55,013 nt of DNA from positions 1 to 55,013 of the forward strand of contig SFOK01000001.1 in the NCBI GenBank assembly GCA_004552395.1, written 5' to 3'. Origin of the DNA: Bacteroidales bacterium (GTDB taxonomy: Bacteria; Bacteroidota; Bacteroidia; Bacteroidales; Muribaculaceae). The translations under genes and the position numbers were made by a program. How positions within the stretch are numbered: the stretch's first letter is position 1; each line of letters begins with the position of its first letter. Below are positions 1-9,663 of this stretch, one piece after another. Below the pieces are notes generated by a model. It was not told the DNA's origin and ran no database searches. It was given only the letters and a program-made list of their open reading frames with translations.

Positions 1-87
1 AGATAACATCATGTAATTTCAACAGATTACGAGTAGCTCTTAAAGCAACAGATAAAACAATTTTGAAAAATTAATACCATATAAACT

Positions 88-615
88 ATGACAACCGAAG
101 ACCTGAAATCAAAAATCAGAGACATCAACGACTTTCCCTCCAAGGGTATCGTGTTCAAGGACCTCACCACCCTGATCAAGGACGGCGAGGCACTCCATTA
201 CATGAGCCGCCAGCTGGCCGACCTTTACAGAGACAAAGGTGTTACCAAGGTGGTCGGTATCGAATCGCGCGGTTTCATCGGCGGCAGCATACTCGCTTAT
301 GAGCTCGGCTGTGGATTTGTGCCCGCACGTAAACCCGGAAAGCTCCCGGCTGTTACAATTAAGAAAGCTTACGCAAAAGAATATGGCGTCGACACTATCG
401 AACTTCATTCCGATGCAATCGATGAAAATGATGTAGTCGTTCTCCACGACGACCTTCTCGCAACCGGAGGCACTATGGCGGCTTGCTACGATCTCGTGAA
501 GTCGATGAATCCGAAGAAAATCTACATCAATTTCATAGTAGAGCTCGAGATGCTTCACGGTCGCGAAAATCTTCCCGCCGACTGCGAAGTGACATCACTC
601 CTCAAATTCAAGTAA
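88..615 (+). CDS. apt: Adenine phosphoribosyltransferase
   Basis: GIESRGF, ARKPGKLP and the PRPP-binding motif VVVLHDDLLATGGT; 175 aa. Confidence 0.97.
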   Translation: MTTEDLKSKIRDINDFPSKGIVFKDLTTLIKDGEALHYMSRQLADLYRDKGVTKVVGIESRGFIGGSILAYELGCGFVPARKPGKLPAVTIKKAYAKEYGVDTIELHSDAIDENDVVVLHDDLLATGGTMAACYDLVKSMNPKKIYINFIVELEMLHGRENLPADCEVTSLLKFK

Positions 616-787
616 TCCGAGCCGCCGTTAATTGACAACAGCTTTGTCCGACTCCGAGAAAAACATAACCGCCTCCGCTCCGGAGCTTCTGTCCGACTCC
701 GGGAAGAACCTCAATCTTCCCGCCGGGTCTGCTGTGCTTCCCGCCGAACCGGCAGGGAAAGAGAGTGGCGGGGGAGGCGAGGATCTT

Positions 788-2806
788 ATGTCGCGTTTGC
801 CGAACCGGCTCGAAAGCGTAGGCCGCGAGATAATGCGCGACATGGCCGTGCCGATGCCGCAGATTCCCCGCCGCACACCCCGCGAACTGCTCGAGAACCG
901 TCCGGGCGAGTATCTCCGCAAAAAGATACTCGCGCTGCCCAAGGAGCCCGGCGTGTATATGTACATCGACAAGTACGGCAATGTGATCTACGTCGGCAAA
1001 GCAAAGCGGCTTAAGAACCGCGTCTCGTCCTACTTCAACCGCCACCACGATGTGCTGCGCACCAATCTGCTCGTCCGCAACATCGTGGATCTGCGGTTCG
1101 TGGTCGTGGCCACGGAAGAAGATGCCCTTCATCTGGAGAGCGCCATGATCAAGGAGTATCAGCCGCGCTATAATGTGCTGCTCAAGGACGACAAGTCTTA
1201 CCCCTGGATCGAGATTACCTCCGAGACCTATCCGCGTATCTTCATGACGCGCGACAAAGGGGCGGTGCCGGGGCGTTTCTACGGGCCTTACAGCAATGTG
1301 TCGTCAGCCAAGGCCGTACTCGAGCTGATACGGCAGATCTATCCGGTGCGCAGCTGTCGCCATAATATCGACGCCGTTTACGTCGACGCCGGCAAAGGGC
1401 GTCTCTGTCTCGACTATCATATCCACAAGTGCGGCGGCTGCTGCAAAGGGCTCGTCACACCTGAGGAGTACGACGGTTACATACGCCAGATCCGCAGCAT
1501 CCTCAACGGCGAGACAGGGCCGATCCTGAACCGGCTCCGCGAGGAGATGGATAGCCTGAGCGCCGCATGGCGTTTCGAGGAGGCCGCCCAGGTGAAAGCC
1601 CGCTACGACCTTGTGGAGCGCTATCAGGCCAAGTGCACTGTGGTGCAGCCCACGGCCCAGGAGTTCGACATCTTTTCCTACGACGAGAACGCGCTCGCGG
1701 CCTATGTTGGCTATATGCATATCCGCCACGGCGCGGTGGTGCGCAGTCTGAATCTGGAGTACCGCAAGCGTCTCGACGAGCAGAAAGAGGAGATACTCTC
1801 CGAGGCTATCGGCGAGGTGGCCTCGCGTCTCGGCGCGACGTTCCAAGAGATCATAGCTCCCTTCGAACCCGACACCGAATTCGAGGACCTCACCGTGGTG
1901 ATACCGCAGCGCGGCGACCGTCGCAAGCTCCTCGATATCGGCATGAAGAATATAAACCGCTACCGCCTCGACAAGGAGAAAGAGCGCGATGCCACCGACC
2001 CGCAGGCGGGAGTCAAACGCCTGATGCTCAGGATGCAACAGGATTTCCGATTGAGCTCCGAGCCGACACATATAGAGTGCTTCGACAACTCTAACATACA
2101 GGGTACCAACCCGGTAGCCTCCTGCGTGGTGTTCCGCAACGGCAAACCGTCGCGCAAGGAGTATCGGCATTTCAACATACAGACCGTGGTGGGAGCCGAC
2201 GATTTCGCCTCGATGAAGGAGGTGCTTCACCGACGCTACACGCGTCTAATGGCCGAGGGCGAGGAGCTGCCGCAGCTCGTGGTTGTCGACGGCGGCAAAG
2301 GGCAGCTGAGCGCGGCTGTGGAGGCGTTTGAGGAGATGGGTATACGAGGCACTGTGGCGCTGGTCGGCATAGCGAAACGTCTTGAGGAGATCTACTTCCC
2401 CGGCGACCAGATACCGCTCTATATCGACAAGAAAAGCGAGTCGCTCAGAGTGGTGCAGGCACTTCGCGACGAGGCACACCGATTCGGTATCACGCACCAC
2501 CGCAACCGCCGCAGCAAGTCGCAGACCCGCTCCGAGCTCGATTCCATAAAAGGCGTCGGGCCAAAGACCGTGGAGCAGCTCATAGCGCATTTCAAGAGTG
2601 TGAAACGTCTGCGGCAGGCCCCGGAGGAGGATATCGCGGCGGTGGTCGGCAAGACCAAAGCCGCTCTGATAGCCGCCGCCCTTGGCATCCCGACTGCCGG
2701 AGCCGAGACGAAGGCAGCCGCCGAAGCAACTTTTCAGGCGAAGGATGACGGAGCCGGAACAAATGCTGCCGGAGAAACGGAAGAAATAGGGGAGAGCGGA
2801 GCATGA
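788..2806 (+). CDS. uvrC: Excinuclease ABC subunit C (start uncertain; ORF is open from 632)
   Basis: GIY-YIG domain (PGVY..IYVGKAKRLKNRVSSYF), UVR motif (FEEAAQVK), RNase H-like IECFDNSN and VDGGKGQL, HhH GVGPKT; first ATG at 788. Confidence 0.95.
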   Translation: MSRLPNRLESVGREIMRDMAVPMPQIPRRTPRELLENRPGEYLRKKILALPKEPGVYMYIDKYGNVIYVGKAKRLKNRVSSYFNRHHDVLRTNLLVRNIVDLRFVVVATEEDALHLESAMIKEYQPRYNVLLKDDKSYPWIEITSETYPRIFMTRDKGAVPGRFYGPYSNVSSAKAVLELIRQIYPVRSCRHNIDAVYVDAGKGRLCLDYHIHKCGGCCKGLVTPEEYDGYIRQIRSILNGETGPILNRLREEMDSLSAAWRFEEAAQVKARYDLVERYQAKCTVVQPTAQEFDIFSYDENALAAYVGYMHIRHGAVVRSLNLEYRKRLDEQKEEILSEAIGEVASRLGATFQEIIAPFEPDTEFEDLTVVIPQRGDRRKLLDIGMKNINRYRLDKEKERDATDPQAGVKRLMLRMQQDFRLSSEPTHIECFDNSNIQGTNPVASCVVFRNGKPSRKEYRHFNIQTVVGADDFASMKEVLHRRYTRLMAEGEELPQLVVVDGGKGQLSAAVEAFEEMGIRGTVALVGIAKRLEEIYFPGDQIPLYIDKKSESLRVVQALRDEAHRFGITHHRNRRSKSQTRSELDSIKGVGPKTVEQLIAHFKSVKRLRQAPEEDIAAVVGKTKAALIAAALGIPTAGAETKAAAEATFQAKDDGAGTNAAGETEEIGESGA

Positions 2807-3531
2807 AAGAGAAGCTGCGGGGGATAGTGCTGTCGCGGATACGCCACAATGACCGCACCGCGATACTCAACATCTACACCGCGGAGCGCGGCCGTATGGC
2901 GGTGGCTGTCTCAGCGGCCTCCGGTCGCGGCGCGTCACTGCGTAATGCCGCTCAGATGCCCCTCTCTCAGATAGAATTTACTGCCGACATAGGGAGGGGC
3001 GTAGGCTCGTTGCCCCGAGCCTCATCTCTGGCGCTCACGGTAGGGTACAGGACTATCTTTTTCGACCCGGCCAAGAATGCCGTGGGGATATTCTTAGCCG
3101 AGTTCCTGAGCCGATATCTGCGCGAAGCCACGCCCGACGCGCCCACTTACAGCTACATAAGCCGGTCGCTGCTGCTGCTCGACGCCATGGAGAGGGGCGT
3201 GGGGAATTTCCACATCACATTTTTAGCCGGACTCACAGCCTTTGCCGGCATCATGCCCGACGTGGAGGATTACTCACCGCATGCCGTCTTCGATATGCGC
3301 GCCGGCCGCTACACGACCTTGTTGCCCGTTCACCGCGACTATCTGCAGGGCGAGGCGGCGCGTGTGCCGCGTCTGCTCGTGAGGCTCAACTTCGCCAACC
3401 AGAGCCGTCTGCGACTCAACCGCACGCGCCGAGGCGAGATACTCGACGGTCTGCTGCGTTATTATGCCCTGCATTTCCCCGGCATGACCGGGCTTAAGTC
3501 GCCCGAGATATTGGAGACCATTTTCGCGTGA
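2803..3531 (+). CDS. recO: DNA repair protein RecO
   Basis: GIVL..IRHND..AILNIYT..GR N-terminus and Bacteroidetes-type YYALH..LKS.EIL..IF C-terminus; ATGA overlap with uvrC. Confidence 0.9.
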   Translation: MKEKLRGIVLSRIRHNDRTAILNIYTAERGRMAVAVSAASGRGASLRNAAQMPLSQIEFTADIGRGVGSLPRASSLALTVGYRTIFFDPAKNAVGIFLAEFLSRYLREATPDAPTYSYISRSLLLLDAMERGVGNFHITFLAGLTAFAGIMPDVEDYSPHAVFDMRAGRYTTLLPVHRDYLQGEAARVPRLLVRLNFANQSRLRLNRTRRGEILDGLLRYYALHFPGMTGLKSPEILETIFA

Positions 3532-3635
3532 CGGCGAGGCGGGAATGACGGCCCGTCAGGACCGGGTCGGAAATGTCAGTAAGCCTGTGATTGCCGGGTG
3601 ATTGAGGGTGATTGAGGGAGAGGATTGGATATGGT

Positions 3636-3667
3636 TTTGCGGATATGGAGGATTTTTTGTAATTTTG
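3636..3667 (+). promoter_or_regulatory. Bacteroidetes primary-sigma promoter for pheT
   Basis: TTTG (3636-3639), 20-nt spacer, TAATTTTG (3660-3667), matching the -33/-7 consensus TTTG-N19-21-TAnnTTTG. Confidence 0.75.
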
Positions 3668-3720
3668 CAGGCTATAAGGACCTTAAGGTCTTTTCGAATA
3701 AGAAATAAGATATTCAGGCT

Positions 3721-6192
3721 ATGAATATAAGTTATAAGTGGCTTAAACGCTTCATTGATTTCACACTGACGCCTAAAGAGCTGGCGGCAGCGTTGACCTC
3801 GCTCGGTTTGGAATGTGACACCGTGGAGGAAGTGGAGACCATCCGCGGCGGACTGCGCGGTGTGGTCATAGGCAAGGTACTCACATGCGAAGAGCATCCC
3901 AACAGTGACCATCTGCATATCACGACGTGCGACCTGGGCACAGGCGAGCCGGTGCAGATCGTTTGCGGCGCGCCCAATGTGGCTGCCGGCCAGACAGTCG
4001 TTGTGGCTACGGTAGGCACGAAGCTATATTCCGGCGATGAGGAATTTCAGATCAAGAAATCGAAAATACGCGGCGTGGAGTCGTTCGGCATGATATGTGC
4101 CGAAGATGAGATAGGTCTTGGCGCAAGCCACGACGGCATCATGGAGCTTCCCGAGGATGCGGCGAAGCCCGGCACACCCGCGGCCGAATATTTCCACGTA
4201 GAGAGCGACTATTGTCTGGAGGTGGAGCTCACACCTAACCGTGTGGACGGCGCCAGCCATTACGGCGTGGCCCGCGACCTGAAAGCTTATCTGCGCCGCC
4301 ACGGCGACACAGGCTCCGAGGTCAACGTCCCCTCCGTGGATGCTTTCGCCACCAATCCGGCCTCCAAAGCGGCGACGGTGGAGCTGCTCGACACCGACGG
4401 GTGCTATCGCTATTCCGGCGTGACGATTCGCGGTATCAAGGTGGCCGAGTCGCCCGAATGGCTTAAGAACCTGCTCATCGCAGCCGGTCAGCGACCGATC
4501 AACAATGTGGTGGATATCACCAACTTCATACTGCTCGGCATAGGTCAGCCGCTCCATTGCTTCGACCTGGGCAAGGTCAAGGACGAGAAGATAGTGATCC
4601 GTCCGGCCGAGCAGGGAAGCAAGTTCACGACCCTCGACGGTGTGGAGCGCACACTCTCCGACAAGGATATGATGATCTGCGACTCTGAGAAGCCCATGTG
4701 TATAGCCGGTGTGTTCGGCGGTCTTGACTCCGGTGTGACCGAAGCGACCACGGACGTGTTCATAGAGAGCGCCTGGTTCAACCCCACGCGGGTGCGCAAG
4801 ACAGCGCGCCGCCATGGACTGAGCACCGACGCCTCGTTCCGCTACGAGCGCGGCACCGACCCCAACATCACCGTCTACGCAGCCAAGCTCGCCGCACTCA
4901 TGATACTGGAGCTGGCCGGCGGCGAAGCCTGCGGCGAGGTGGTGGATGTGTACCCCAAGCCCGCGGCACCCTTCGCTGTGGAGATGAGTTTGGACTACTG
5001 CGACAAGCTGATAGGCAAGCATATACCCGCCGAGGAGGTGAAAGATATACTTCGCTCGCTCGAGATTGTGATACGCGGCGAGAAGGACGGAGTGCTCTCG
5101 CTCGAAGTGCCCAACTACCGTGTGGATGTGCAGCGTCCCTGCGACGTTGTGGAGGAGATACTGCGTGTCTACGGCTACAACAACGTGGAGGTTTCCGACC
5201 GTATGCACGCCAACCTGAGCATACGTTCGATCATCGACGAGAGTTACCGGCTGCAGAACCTTGTCAGCGACCATTTGACGGCGCGCGGCTTCCGCGAGAT
5301 CATGAACAATTCGCTCACCGCCGTGAGCTATTACGAAGACAACGAGGCTTACCCCATAGAAGGCTCCATCCGCCTCATGAACCCCCTGAGCAACGACCTG
5401 GCCCTGATGCGCCGCACGCTGCTCTACGGAGGTCTGGAGACCATAGCCCACAATATCAACCGCAAGAACCCCGACCTGGCGCTCTACGAGTTCGGCAATG
5501 TCTACTCCAAGAACCCCGACAAGGAGTCGACACCCGAGCAGCCTTTAGCGCCCTTCAGCGAGGAGATGCAGCTCGGCATATGGATGACCGGACTGCGCCA
5601 GCGCGCTTCGTGGAACGTAGCGGCAGCCGAAGCCACCGTATTCGACCTCAAGGCCACGGTGATTGACATCTTCCGCCGTCTGGGCATACCGCAGCAGGCT
5701 GTGGCTTTTGCGCAGGGCAGCGATCCGATCTTCAGTGTGAAGCTCGACATCACCACCCGCTCGGGCAAGCATCTCGGCTCGTTAGGCATACTGAACCGCA
5801 AGGAGCTCAAGCGCCTCGACATAGACAACCCGGTCTGCTACGCGCAGCTGCGCTGGAACGAGCTCGTGGCCCTGGCTGTAAAGGCCAAGACCGGCTACAC
5901 CGATCTGCCCAAGACACATCCCGTGCACCGCGATCTGGCCCTCATGCTCGACGCGGCAGTCAGCTTCGCCGACGTGGAGAAGACCGTGCGCGACAGCGAG
6001 AAGAAACTGCTGCGCGACGTGCGTCTCTTCGACGTCTATGAAGGCAGCAACCTTCCCGAAGGTAAGAAGAGCTACGCCATCAACATCACCCTGCAGGACA
6101 CCGAGAAGACACTTCAGGACAAGCAGATCGATGCCGTGATGCAGAAGATAATCCGCAATCTGGAGCAGAAGCTCGGCGCAAGTCTCCGCTGA
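3721..6192 (+). CDS. pheT: Phenylalanyl-tRNA synthetase beta subunit
   Basis: MNISYKWL start, tRNA-binding OB fold (HPNSDHL..IVCGAPNV), TPNRVD, RYERGTD, C-terminal FDX-ACB domain (RDLA..LFDVYEG..GKKSYA). Confidence 0.98.
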   Translation: MNISYKWLKRFIDFTLTPKELAAALTSLGLECDTVEEVETIRGGLRGVVIGKVLTCEEHPNSDHLHITTCDLGTGEPVQIVCGAPNVAAGQTVVVATVGTKLYSGDEEFQIKKSKIRGVESFGMICAEDEIGLGASHDGIMELPEDAAKPGTPAAEYFHVESDYCLEVELTPNRVDGASHYGVARDLKAYLRRHGDTGSEVNVPSVDAFATNPASKAATVELLDTDGCYRYSGVTIRGIKVAESPEWLKNLLIAAGQRPINNVVDITNFILLGIGQPLHCFDLGKVKDEKIVIRPAEQGSKFTTLDGVERTLSDKDMMICDSEKPMCIAGVFGGLDSGVTEATTDVFIESAWFNPTRVRKTARRHGLSTDASFRYERGTDPNITVYAAKLAALMILELAGGEACGEVVDVYPKPAAPFAVEMSLDYCDKLIGKHIPAEEVKDILRSLEIVIRGEKDGVLSLEVPNYRVDVQRPCDVVEEILRVYGYNNVEVSDRMHANLSIRSIIDESYRLQNLVSDHLTARGFREIMNNSLTAVSYYEDNEAYPIEGSIRLMNPLSNDLALMRRTLLYGGLETIAHNINRKNPDLALYEFGNVYSKNPDKESTPEQPLAPFSEEMQLGIWMTGLRQRASWNVAAAEATVFDLKATVIDIFRRLGIPQQAVAFAQGSDPIFSVKLDITTRSGKHLGSLGILNRKELKRLDIDNPVCYAQLRWNELVALAVKAKTGYTDLPKTHPVHRDLALMLDAAVSFADVEKTVRDSEKKLLRDVRLFDVYEGSNLPEGKKSYAINITLQDTEKTLQDKQIDAVMQKIIRNLEQKLGASLR

Positions 6193-6220
6193 TCATTCGG
6201 CAAACGCACTTAGGAACTTA

Positions 6221-6584
6221 GGCCTTGTTCCATAACGAATGTTAAAGCAGGGGGCGACATATTGCCGAGGTTTTTTTGCAAGTTGAAGAAGGAGCATAGC
6301 GGGCTATGCAACTGATGAAACTTGGCGAAAAACACCAGCAAGATGGCGGACAAATGAAGAAGAATTTTTTAAACAATTTAATAATAAAAGGCCGGATGTT
6401 CCCGTCGACGCAAATGTTAACGAAGCAAAACAGGATAAAGGAAGAAGTTACATTCGTCCCGCAATCTCACGCCATCTTCGGCAGTCAGACTCAGTCGCAT
6501 ACGTCAGTATGTTCCTTCGTCTGCCGACCGAATCTGACGCAAGCTTGCGACCCCTGCTTTCAACAGGCGTTAAGGAACAAGGCC
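6221..6584. mobile_element. MITE-like non-autonomous element, copy A (364 bp)
   Basis: Imperfect terminal inverted repeats of about 33 bp (GGCCTTGTTCCATAACGAATGTTAAAGCAGGGG versus right-end reverse complement GGCCTTGTTCCTTAACGCCTGTTGAAAGCAGGGG); flanked by TTA and TAA; inner inverted hairpin motifs at 6288-6315 and 6491-6518; no transposase. Confidence 0.75.
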
Positions 6585-6617
6585 TAAACAATAACATCAA
6601 GATATACAGAGATATAA

Positions 6618-7343
6618 ATGGGAAGAGCATTTGAATTCCGCAAAGCCCGCAAGCTGAAACGCTGGGGCAATATGAGCCGTACATTCACGCGTATCGGCAA
6701 GGAGATCACCATCGCAGCCAAAGCCGGGGGCGGCGATCCCGACAACAACCCGCGTCTGCGTGTGCTGATGCAGAACGCCAAGGCAGCCAACATGCCCAAA
6801 GAGAATGTGGAACGCGCCATCAAGAAAGCCACAGAGAAGGACGCCGGCGACTACAAGGAGATAGTTTACGAGGGATATGCTCCCCACGGTGTGGCTATCG
6901 TTGTGGAGACAGCCACCGACAACAATCAGCGCACAGTGGCCAATGTCCGCTCCTACTTCAACAAGTTCGGCGGCTCGCTGGGCACATCCGGCTCACTCTC
7001 ATTCCTTTTCGACCACAAGAGCGTGTTCCATATCAAGCCCAAAGAGGGTGTGGAGCTCGAGGAGCTCGAGCTTGAGCTTATCGACTTCGGTGTCGACGAT
7101 CTTGAGGCCGAAGAGGAGGAATGGATAGCTTACGGCCCGTTTGATCAGTTCGCGGCTCTTCAGAAATATTTCGAGGAGGGCGGCTACGAGATCACAAGCG
7201 CCGAGTTTGAGCGTATCCCGACCGACTATAAGGAGGTGACCGAGGAGCAGCGTGCCGCAATCGAGAAGCTGCTTGAGAAGTTCGAGGACGACGAGGATGT
7301 CCAGAATGTCTACCACAACATGAAAGAACCTGTTGAGGAGTAA
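6618..7343 (+). CDS. yebC: YebC/PmpR family protein
   Basis: MGRAFEFRK start, NPRLR..AKAANMPKENVERAI, YEGYAPHG, TDN..RT, EDDEDVQNVYHN. Confidence 0.95.
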   Translation: MGRAFEFRKARKLKRWGNMSRTFTRIGKEITIAAKAGGGDPDNNPRLRVLMQNAKAANMPKENVERAIKKATEKDAGDYKEIVYEGYAPHGVAIVVETATDNNQRTVANVRSYFNKFGGSLGTSGSLSFLFDHKSVFHIKPKEGVELEELELELIDFGVDDLEAEEEEWIAYGPFDQFAALQKYFEEGGYEITSAEFERIPTDYKEVTEEQRAAIEKLLEKFEDDEDVQNVYHNMKEPVEE

Positions 7344-7366
7344 GAGCTTTTTTATTAAACAAGCTC
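7344..7366. mobile_element. Collapsed remnant of the MITE family (23 bp)
   Basis: TAA-GAGCTTTTTTATTAAACAAGCTC-TAA: the left-end GAGCTT is fused to the exact right end of copy B; the duplicated TAA includes the yebC stop codon. Confidence 0.65.
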
Positions 7367-7389
7367 TAAATAGCTATCATATTTTTACG

Positions 7390-7428
7390 GAGGCTGCTGC
7401 GAGAATAGTTTCTTCTTGCAGCAGCCTC
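7390..7428 (+). terminator. Stem-loop downstream of yebC, probable terminator
   Basis: GAGGCTGCTGCGAGAA...TTCTTGCAGCAGCCTC, 16-bp stem with one G-U pair; weak U-tract. Confidence 0.6.
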
Positions 7429-7532
7429 TGCTTCGTGATAAACGGGCTGATAAATCATTTTTTTAGATTTCCTATCATCACAACTTTCTATCATCACAGC
7501 GGGACTCTACGTTTGGAACAGTAACGTTAAAA

Positions 7533-7661
7533 AGTATTCATAACGGCTGGATAGACAGCTCGAAGATCACCTACAATGTCTATCTCAACGGCAAGCAGAT
7601 AGCTTCAGATCTCAAGGTGTGCGAGTGCCGCACCGGTCTTTCAGAAGAGGATATCATTTAG
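7533..7661 (+). pseudogene. Gene fragment resembling Fn3-like segments of Bacteroidales secreted proteins
   Basis: Reads SIHNGWIDSSKITYNVYLNGKQIASDLKVCECRTGLSEEDII* with coding-like codon usage and no convincing start. Confidence 0.45.
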
Positions 7662-7857
7662 ATTTTGAGCAATGTCGCCCGCGCTTTTTTGGAAGTGCGG
7701 GCGATTCTTGTTTGCGCGGGAGGGAGGAGGAGAAGGGAAGGAAAGGATAGGCGGTAGAGGGGGAACCGGCCCCAAGGAGCCGGCCCCGGGAACAAAGATT
7801 TTGAGAGGAGGGAGAGAGGAGGGCAATCGCTGAGGGAGGGAAGGAGGGGATAGGGTA

Positions 7858-7895
7858 TAAAAGAGAATTCCCGCAGCCGGGATGGCCACGGGAAT
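7858..7895 (-). terminator. Intrinsic terminator of the POT transporter gene
   Basis: Minus strand ATTCCCGTGGCC-loop-GGCTGCGGGAAT followed by TCTCTTTT. Confidence 0.7.
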
Positions 7896-7913
7896 CAAAG
7901 GAGTATGAAATAA

Positions 7914-9482
7914 TTAATTTGCTGCTTCGGGAGCGGGTTCGGCGGGAGTGTCGGTGACGCGCTGCAGCCAGTTGAGCATGGCGAACATCACGCCCATGGA
8001 GATCACACAGACGGCCATGAAGACTGCCCAAGCCACCCAGATAGGCGCTTTGTTATAGATCAGCGGGCCGATCCAGAGCATGAGGTTGCCGACGGCTGTG
8101 GCGCCGAGCCAGAGGCCCTGGCAGAGACCCTGCATGCTCTTGGGCGCTACCTTGGATACGAAGGAGAGTCCGAGAGGCGAGATGAAGAGCTCGGCCACTG
8201 TCATGAAGAAGTAGTAGAGGATAAGTACCCACGGGCCGGCCATCATGGTCTCTCTCACTGTGACGGAGAGTGCTTTGAAGTCGGTGGCCGAAGGATAGCC
8301 CATCACAAGCGAGAAGACGGTCATGAAGAGGTAGGCGATACCTGCCAGACCCATACCGAGGGCGATCTTCTTCGGTGTGGAGATCTCTTTGCCGCGTTTT
8401 GAGAGGCGGCTGAAGATGAACATGATCACCGGAGTGAGCACAATCACGAAGAAGGGGTTCATGGCCTGCCATATCTCAGGCGGTATGGATGAGGTGTCCA
8501 TGAAGTCGCGGGCGAAGAGCGACATCGAGGTGCCGTTCTGATGGAATGAGAACCAGAAGAAGACGGCTATGCCGAGCACTGCGAAGAGAGCATACATGCG
8601 CTGCTTGATCTCTTTTGCCATGGCAGCTTTCTCTTCGGCAGTGTAAGTGGCGGCGGCAGCTTTCTCTTTTGCGGGAGGATTGGGGAGACCGCGCTTTGCC
8701 CATACGAAGATTGCGAGCGAGACAAGCATGGCGCCCACAGAGGCTATGAATGAATAGTGCACACCGGTGTTGAACACCTCCAGATATCTGGTGCAGAATT
8801 CCTGCACGGCTGCAGTGGCTGAGGTGGCGCCGTCGTAGCCTACCTGAGTGAGGAGTGCGTAGAAGTTGTTGAGTGTCTCAGTGTTCATGGAGTCGGTGAC
8901 GGAGAGGAACTGATGGCACATGGCGGGGAAGTCGCCGTTGTAGACCATGCCGTTGAAGTCGAGCCACCATGAGCGGAGCATAGGAGCCACGAAGGGAGCC
9001 ACGAGACCGCCGATGTTGATGAACACGTAGAAGATCTGGAAACCTGAGTCGCGCTGAGCGGCGTAGCGGGGATTGTCGTAGAGCTGGCCCACGATAGCCT
9101 GCAGGTTGCCTTTGAAGAGGCCGTTGCCGAAAGCGATCAGGAAGAGGGCGGCGCAGGTGACCACGAGCAGCCAGGTCTTGTTCCCCGGTGTAGCCAGGAT
9201 GGGGATAGCCAGCACCACGTATCCGGCGGTCATGATGATCAGACCCTGGATGATCGTGCGCTTGTAGTTCTGAGTCTTGTCGGCGATGATACCGCCCACG
9301 AGGCTAAGCACGTATATGCCGGCGTAGAAGAACGAGTAGATCAGCGTACTGGTCTCCTCGGTGAGGCCGAATTTGGAGCAGAGGAAGAGCACGAGCACGG
9401 CGTTCATGATGTAATAGCCGAAGCGCTCGCCCATGTTGCTCAAGGCCGCGGGGATGAGTCCTTTTGGTTGGTTTTTGAACAT
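7914..9482 (-). CDS. POT/PTR family proton-dependent oligopeptide MFS transporter
   Basis: ERFGYY motif, GNGLFKGN, FYVFINIG, AELFISPLGLSFVSKVAP; many TM segments. Confidence 0.93.
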   Translation of the reverse strand: MFKNQPKGLIPAALSNMGERFGYYIMNAVLVLFLCSKFGLTEETSTLIYSFFYAGIYVLSLVGGIIADKTQNYKRTIIQGLIIMTAGYVVLAIPILATPGNKTWLLVVTCAALFLIAFGNGLFKGNLQAIVGQLYDNPRYAAQRDSGFQIFYVFINIGGLVAPFVAPMLRSWWLDFNGMVYNGDFPAMCHQFLSVTDSMNTETLNNFYALLTQVGYDGATSATAAVQEFCTRYLEVFNTGVHYSFIASVGAMLVSLAIFVWAKRGLPNPPAKEKAAAATYTAEEKAAMAKEIKQRMYALFAVLGIAVFFWFSFHQNGTSMSLFARDFMDTSSIPPEIWQAMNPFFVIVLTPVIMFIFSRLSKRGKEISTPKKIALGMGLAGIAYLFMTVFSLVMGYPSATDFKALSVTVRETMMAGPWVLILYYFFMTVAELFISPLGLSFVSKVAPKSMQGLCQGLWLGATAVGNLMLWIGPLIYNKAPIWVAWAVFMAVCVISMGVMFAMLNWLQRVTDTPAEPAPEAAN

Positions 9483-9663
9483 TGATATTTAGGTTTTGGT
9501 TAGAGAATTCTTTCCGGAGAGACGCCCGGGGAGGTCCGGGAGTCGATTTTGCGAAGTTAGCAAATTATTGCGGATTTGCCAACTTTCGGGGTTTATTTCG
9601 GCCAAACAGAGGCCGTTTTGCTGTTTTGCTGTTTCAGAGGTCTGATTCAGCACTCGAAGCCGC

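Noticed and set aside
1..615. Lower GC of apt suggesting another contig join or HGT
   Set aside because: apt next to uvrC is, from memory, a usual Bacteroidales arrangement, and no break is evident.
632..787. N-terminal extension of UvrC from the TTG at 632, and similar upstream extensions of folA, thyA, manC, acpP, panB and the binding protein
   Set aside because: The extensions are low-complexity or overlap neighbouring features; downstream ATGs give family-typical lengths.
6306..6587. Short ORFs inside the MITE-like elements (also 23319-23519)
   Set aside because: No transposase motifs; they are incidental frames within inverted-repeat DNA.
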